Notes under the pieces: model-generated | The model's database searches: none | Told to the model about the DNA's origin: nothing | What the model saw: only the letters and a program-made list of their open reading frames with translations | Source of the DNA: Mobula hypostoma | Taxonomy: Eukaryota | Direction of reading: 5' to 3' | NCBI RefSeq assembly: GCF_963921235.1 | Contig: NC_086109.1 | Coordinates: forward strand, 1,364,001-1,428,000 | DNA length: 64,000 bases | Translations under genes and position numbers: made by a program | Shown: positions 61,378 to 64,000 of the stretch, one piece after another | Layout of the letters: each line of letters opens with the position of its first letter | Numbering within the stretch: position 1 is the stretch's first letter

Positions 61378-64000
61378 AGCATCGTTTGTGGGCTGCGGAG
61401 TGAGCCGGGAGCAGAGTGAAGGCTTAAGGGTTTTGGCTGAACGGGCTCAGGTGGAAATGAGTGAGGTGAAGTAGGTTTGGCTTTCATTTTTTCCTGTTAT
61501 TTGAGGTGAGGGGGAAGTATGAGTGTGACAGCAGCTTGTTGTTCTCGGTGCTGGATGTGGGAGGTCCTGGAGTCTCCAGGCCTCCCAGATGTCCACATCT
61601 GCGCCAGGTGCGCCGAGATGCAGCTCCTAAGGGACTGCGTTAGGGAACTAGAGCTGCAGCTCGATGACCTTCGTCTGGTCAGGGAGAGTGAGGAGTTGAT
61701 AGAGAGGAGTTACAGGCAGGTGGTCGCACCGGGGCCACGGGAGGCAGACAAGTGGGTCACGGTTAGGAGGGGGAAGGGGAAGAGCCAGGTAATAGAGAGT
61801 ACCCCTGTGGCTGTGCCCCTTGACAACAGGTACTCCTGTTTGAGTACTGTTGGGGGGTACAGCTTACCTGGGGAGAGCGACAGTGGCCGTGCCTCCGGCA
61901 CAGAGTCTGGCCCTGTAGCTCAGAAGGGTAGGGAAAGGAAGAGGAGGGCAGTTGTGATAGGGGACTCGATAGTAAGGGGGTCAGATAGGCGATTCTGTGG
62001 ACGCAGTCCAGAGACCCAGATGGTAGTTTGCCTCCCTGGTGCCAGGGTCCGGGATGTTTCTGATCGCGTCCAAGATATCCTGAAGTGGGAGGGAGAGGGG
62101 CCAGAGGTCGTGGTACATATAGGTACCAATGACATATGTAGGAAAGGGAAGAGGTCCTGAAAGGACAATATAGGGAGTTGAGAAAAAGAACCATAAAGGT
62201 AGTAATCTCGGGATTACTGCCTGTGCCACGCGACAGTGAGAGTAGGAACGCAATGAGCTGGAGGATAAATGCGTGACTGAGGGATTGGAGTGGGGGCAGG
62301 GATTCAAGTTTTTGGATCATTGGGACTTCTTTTGGCGCAGGTGTGACCTGTACAAAAACGATGGGTTGCACTTGAATCCTAGGGGGAACAAACATCCTGG
62401 CAGGGAGATTTGCGAAGGCTACTGAGGTGACTTTAAACTAGAATGGTTGGGGGGTGGGAATCAAATTGAAGAGATTAGGTGGGAGGAGGTTAGTTCCCAA
62501 ATAGAGAAAGCTAGAAGACAGTGTGTGAGGGAGCATAGGCAGGGGACAGAGATCGGGAGCATTCAGACCGAAGATATAGGGGAGAAGGAAGAAAAAGATA
62601 ACAAAGTTGTTTGCTCCATTAAGGACAAACAGAGAGTAAGAGGTGGAAGGTTTCTTAAATGCATCTATTTTAATGCTAGGAGCATTGTAAGAAAGGTGGA
62701 TGAGCTTAGAGCATGGATTAATACCTGGAAATATGATGTTGTAGCTATTAGTGAAACATGGTTGCAGGAGGGGTGTGATTGGTGACTAAATATTCCTGGA
62801 TTTCGTTGCTTCAGGTGTGATAGAACAGGAGGGGCAAGAGGAGGAGGTGTTGCATTGCTTGTCAGAGAATATATAACAGCGGTGCTCTGGCAAGATAGAT
62901 TAGTGGACTTGTCCAGGGAGACTATTTGGGTGGAATTGAGGAATGGGAAAGGTGTAGTGATGCTTATAGGGGTGTATTATAGACCACCTAATGGCGAGCG
63001 AGAATTGGAGGAGCAAGTTTGTAAGGAGATAGCAGATATTTGTGGTAAGGACAAGGTTGTGATTGTGGGAGATTTTAATTTTCCACGCATTGACTGGGAA
63101 GCCCATTCTGTAAAAGGGCTGGATCATTTGGAGTTTGTCAAATGTGTGCAAGATAGTTTTTTGCAGCAATACATAGAGGTACCAACTAGAGAAGGGACAG
63201 TGTTGGATCTCCTGTTAGGGAATGAGATAGGGCAGGTGACGGAGGTATGTGTTGGAGATCACTTCGGGTCCAGTGATCACAGTGCCATTAGTTTCAATAT
63301 AATTATGGAGAAGGATAGGATTGGACCCACGGTTGAGATTTCTGATTGGGGAAAGGCTATCTTTGAGGAGATGCGAAAGGATTTAGAAGGAGTGGATTGG
63401 GACAATTTGTTTTATGGGAAGGATGTAGTAGAGAAATGGAGGTCATTTAAAGGTGAAATTTTGAGGGTACAGGATCTTTATGTTCCTGTTAGGTTGAAAG
63501 GAAAGGTTAGAAGTTTGACAGAGCCATGGTTTTGAAGGAATACTGGAAACTTAGTTTGGAAAAAGAGAGGGATTTACAATAAATATAGGCAGCATGGAGT
63601 AAATGTGGTGTTTGAGGAAAATAAAGAATGTAAAAAGAATCTTAAATAAATTAGAAAAGCTAAAAGAAGATATGAGGCTGCTTTAGCAAGCAAGGGGAAA
63701 ATAAATCCAAAGGGTTTCTACTGTTATATTAATAGCAAAAGGATAGTGAGGGATAGTGAGGGTCCCTTAGAGAATCAGAGTGGACGGCTATGTGCAGAGT
63801 GGGGGAGATTTTGAACAATTTCTTTTCTTCGGGATTCACTAAGGAGAAGGATACTGAATTGTGTAAGGTAAGGGAAACAAGAAGGGTAGTTATGGAAAGT
63901 ATGATGATTAAAGAAGAGAAAGTACTGGCACTTTTAAGAAATATAAAAGTGGATAAGTCTCTGGGTCCAGACAAGATATTCCCCAGGACCTTGAGGGAAG
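61378..64000 (+). mobile_element. CR1 LINE 5' portion: 5' UTR, ORF1 (Zn-finger/coiled-coil/SGNH esterase) and ORF2 endonuclease
   Basis: ORF1 CSRCWMW...ICARC...ELELQL...GDSIVRG...CLPGARV...HIGTND; ORF2 YFNARSIVRKVDEL, AISETWL, GVYYRPP, GDFNFP, SSDH; runs off the window. Confidence 0.93.

Noticed and set aside
55661-64000. Transmembrane/cytoplasmic exons of gene 2
   Set aside because: Not found; the region is almost entirely TE-derived, so the exons probably lie beyond the window.

Overview
Repeat-rich vertebrate genomic DNA. The CR1/Rex1/Penelope/SINE repertoire suggests a cartilaginous fish, probably a ray (inference only). Among the transposons are two tandem, same-strand paralogous genes of the CD2/SLAM immunoglobulin family. 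Gene 1 has a signal-peptide exon (9249-9315), a cysteine-less IgV exon (15233-15553) and a candidate terminal stalk plus GPI-signal exon (23144-23343). No IgC2 exon was found for it, giving a predicted 195-aa single-domain GPI-anchored protein. Gene 2 has a signal-peptide exon (37883-37949), an IgV exon (52706-53026) and an IgC2 exon (55370-55660); its 3' exons were not found in the window. All junctions are phase 1. The two IgV domains align without gaps at only 43/107 identity yet show few synonymous differences, suggesting diversifying selection. The rest is CR1 LINEs, Rex1 LINEs, Penelope-like fragments with degenerate hammerhead ribozyme motifs, L1/Tx1 3' fragments, a solo LTR, an LTR/ERV integrase remnant, a piggyBac-like MITE, several minisatellites (40, 58, 33 and 41 bp; the 8.6-kb 58-bp array has higher-order structure) and a 474-N assembly gap at the duplication boundary. 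TE boundaries are approximate unless a TSD is quoted.
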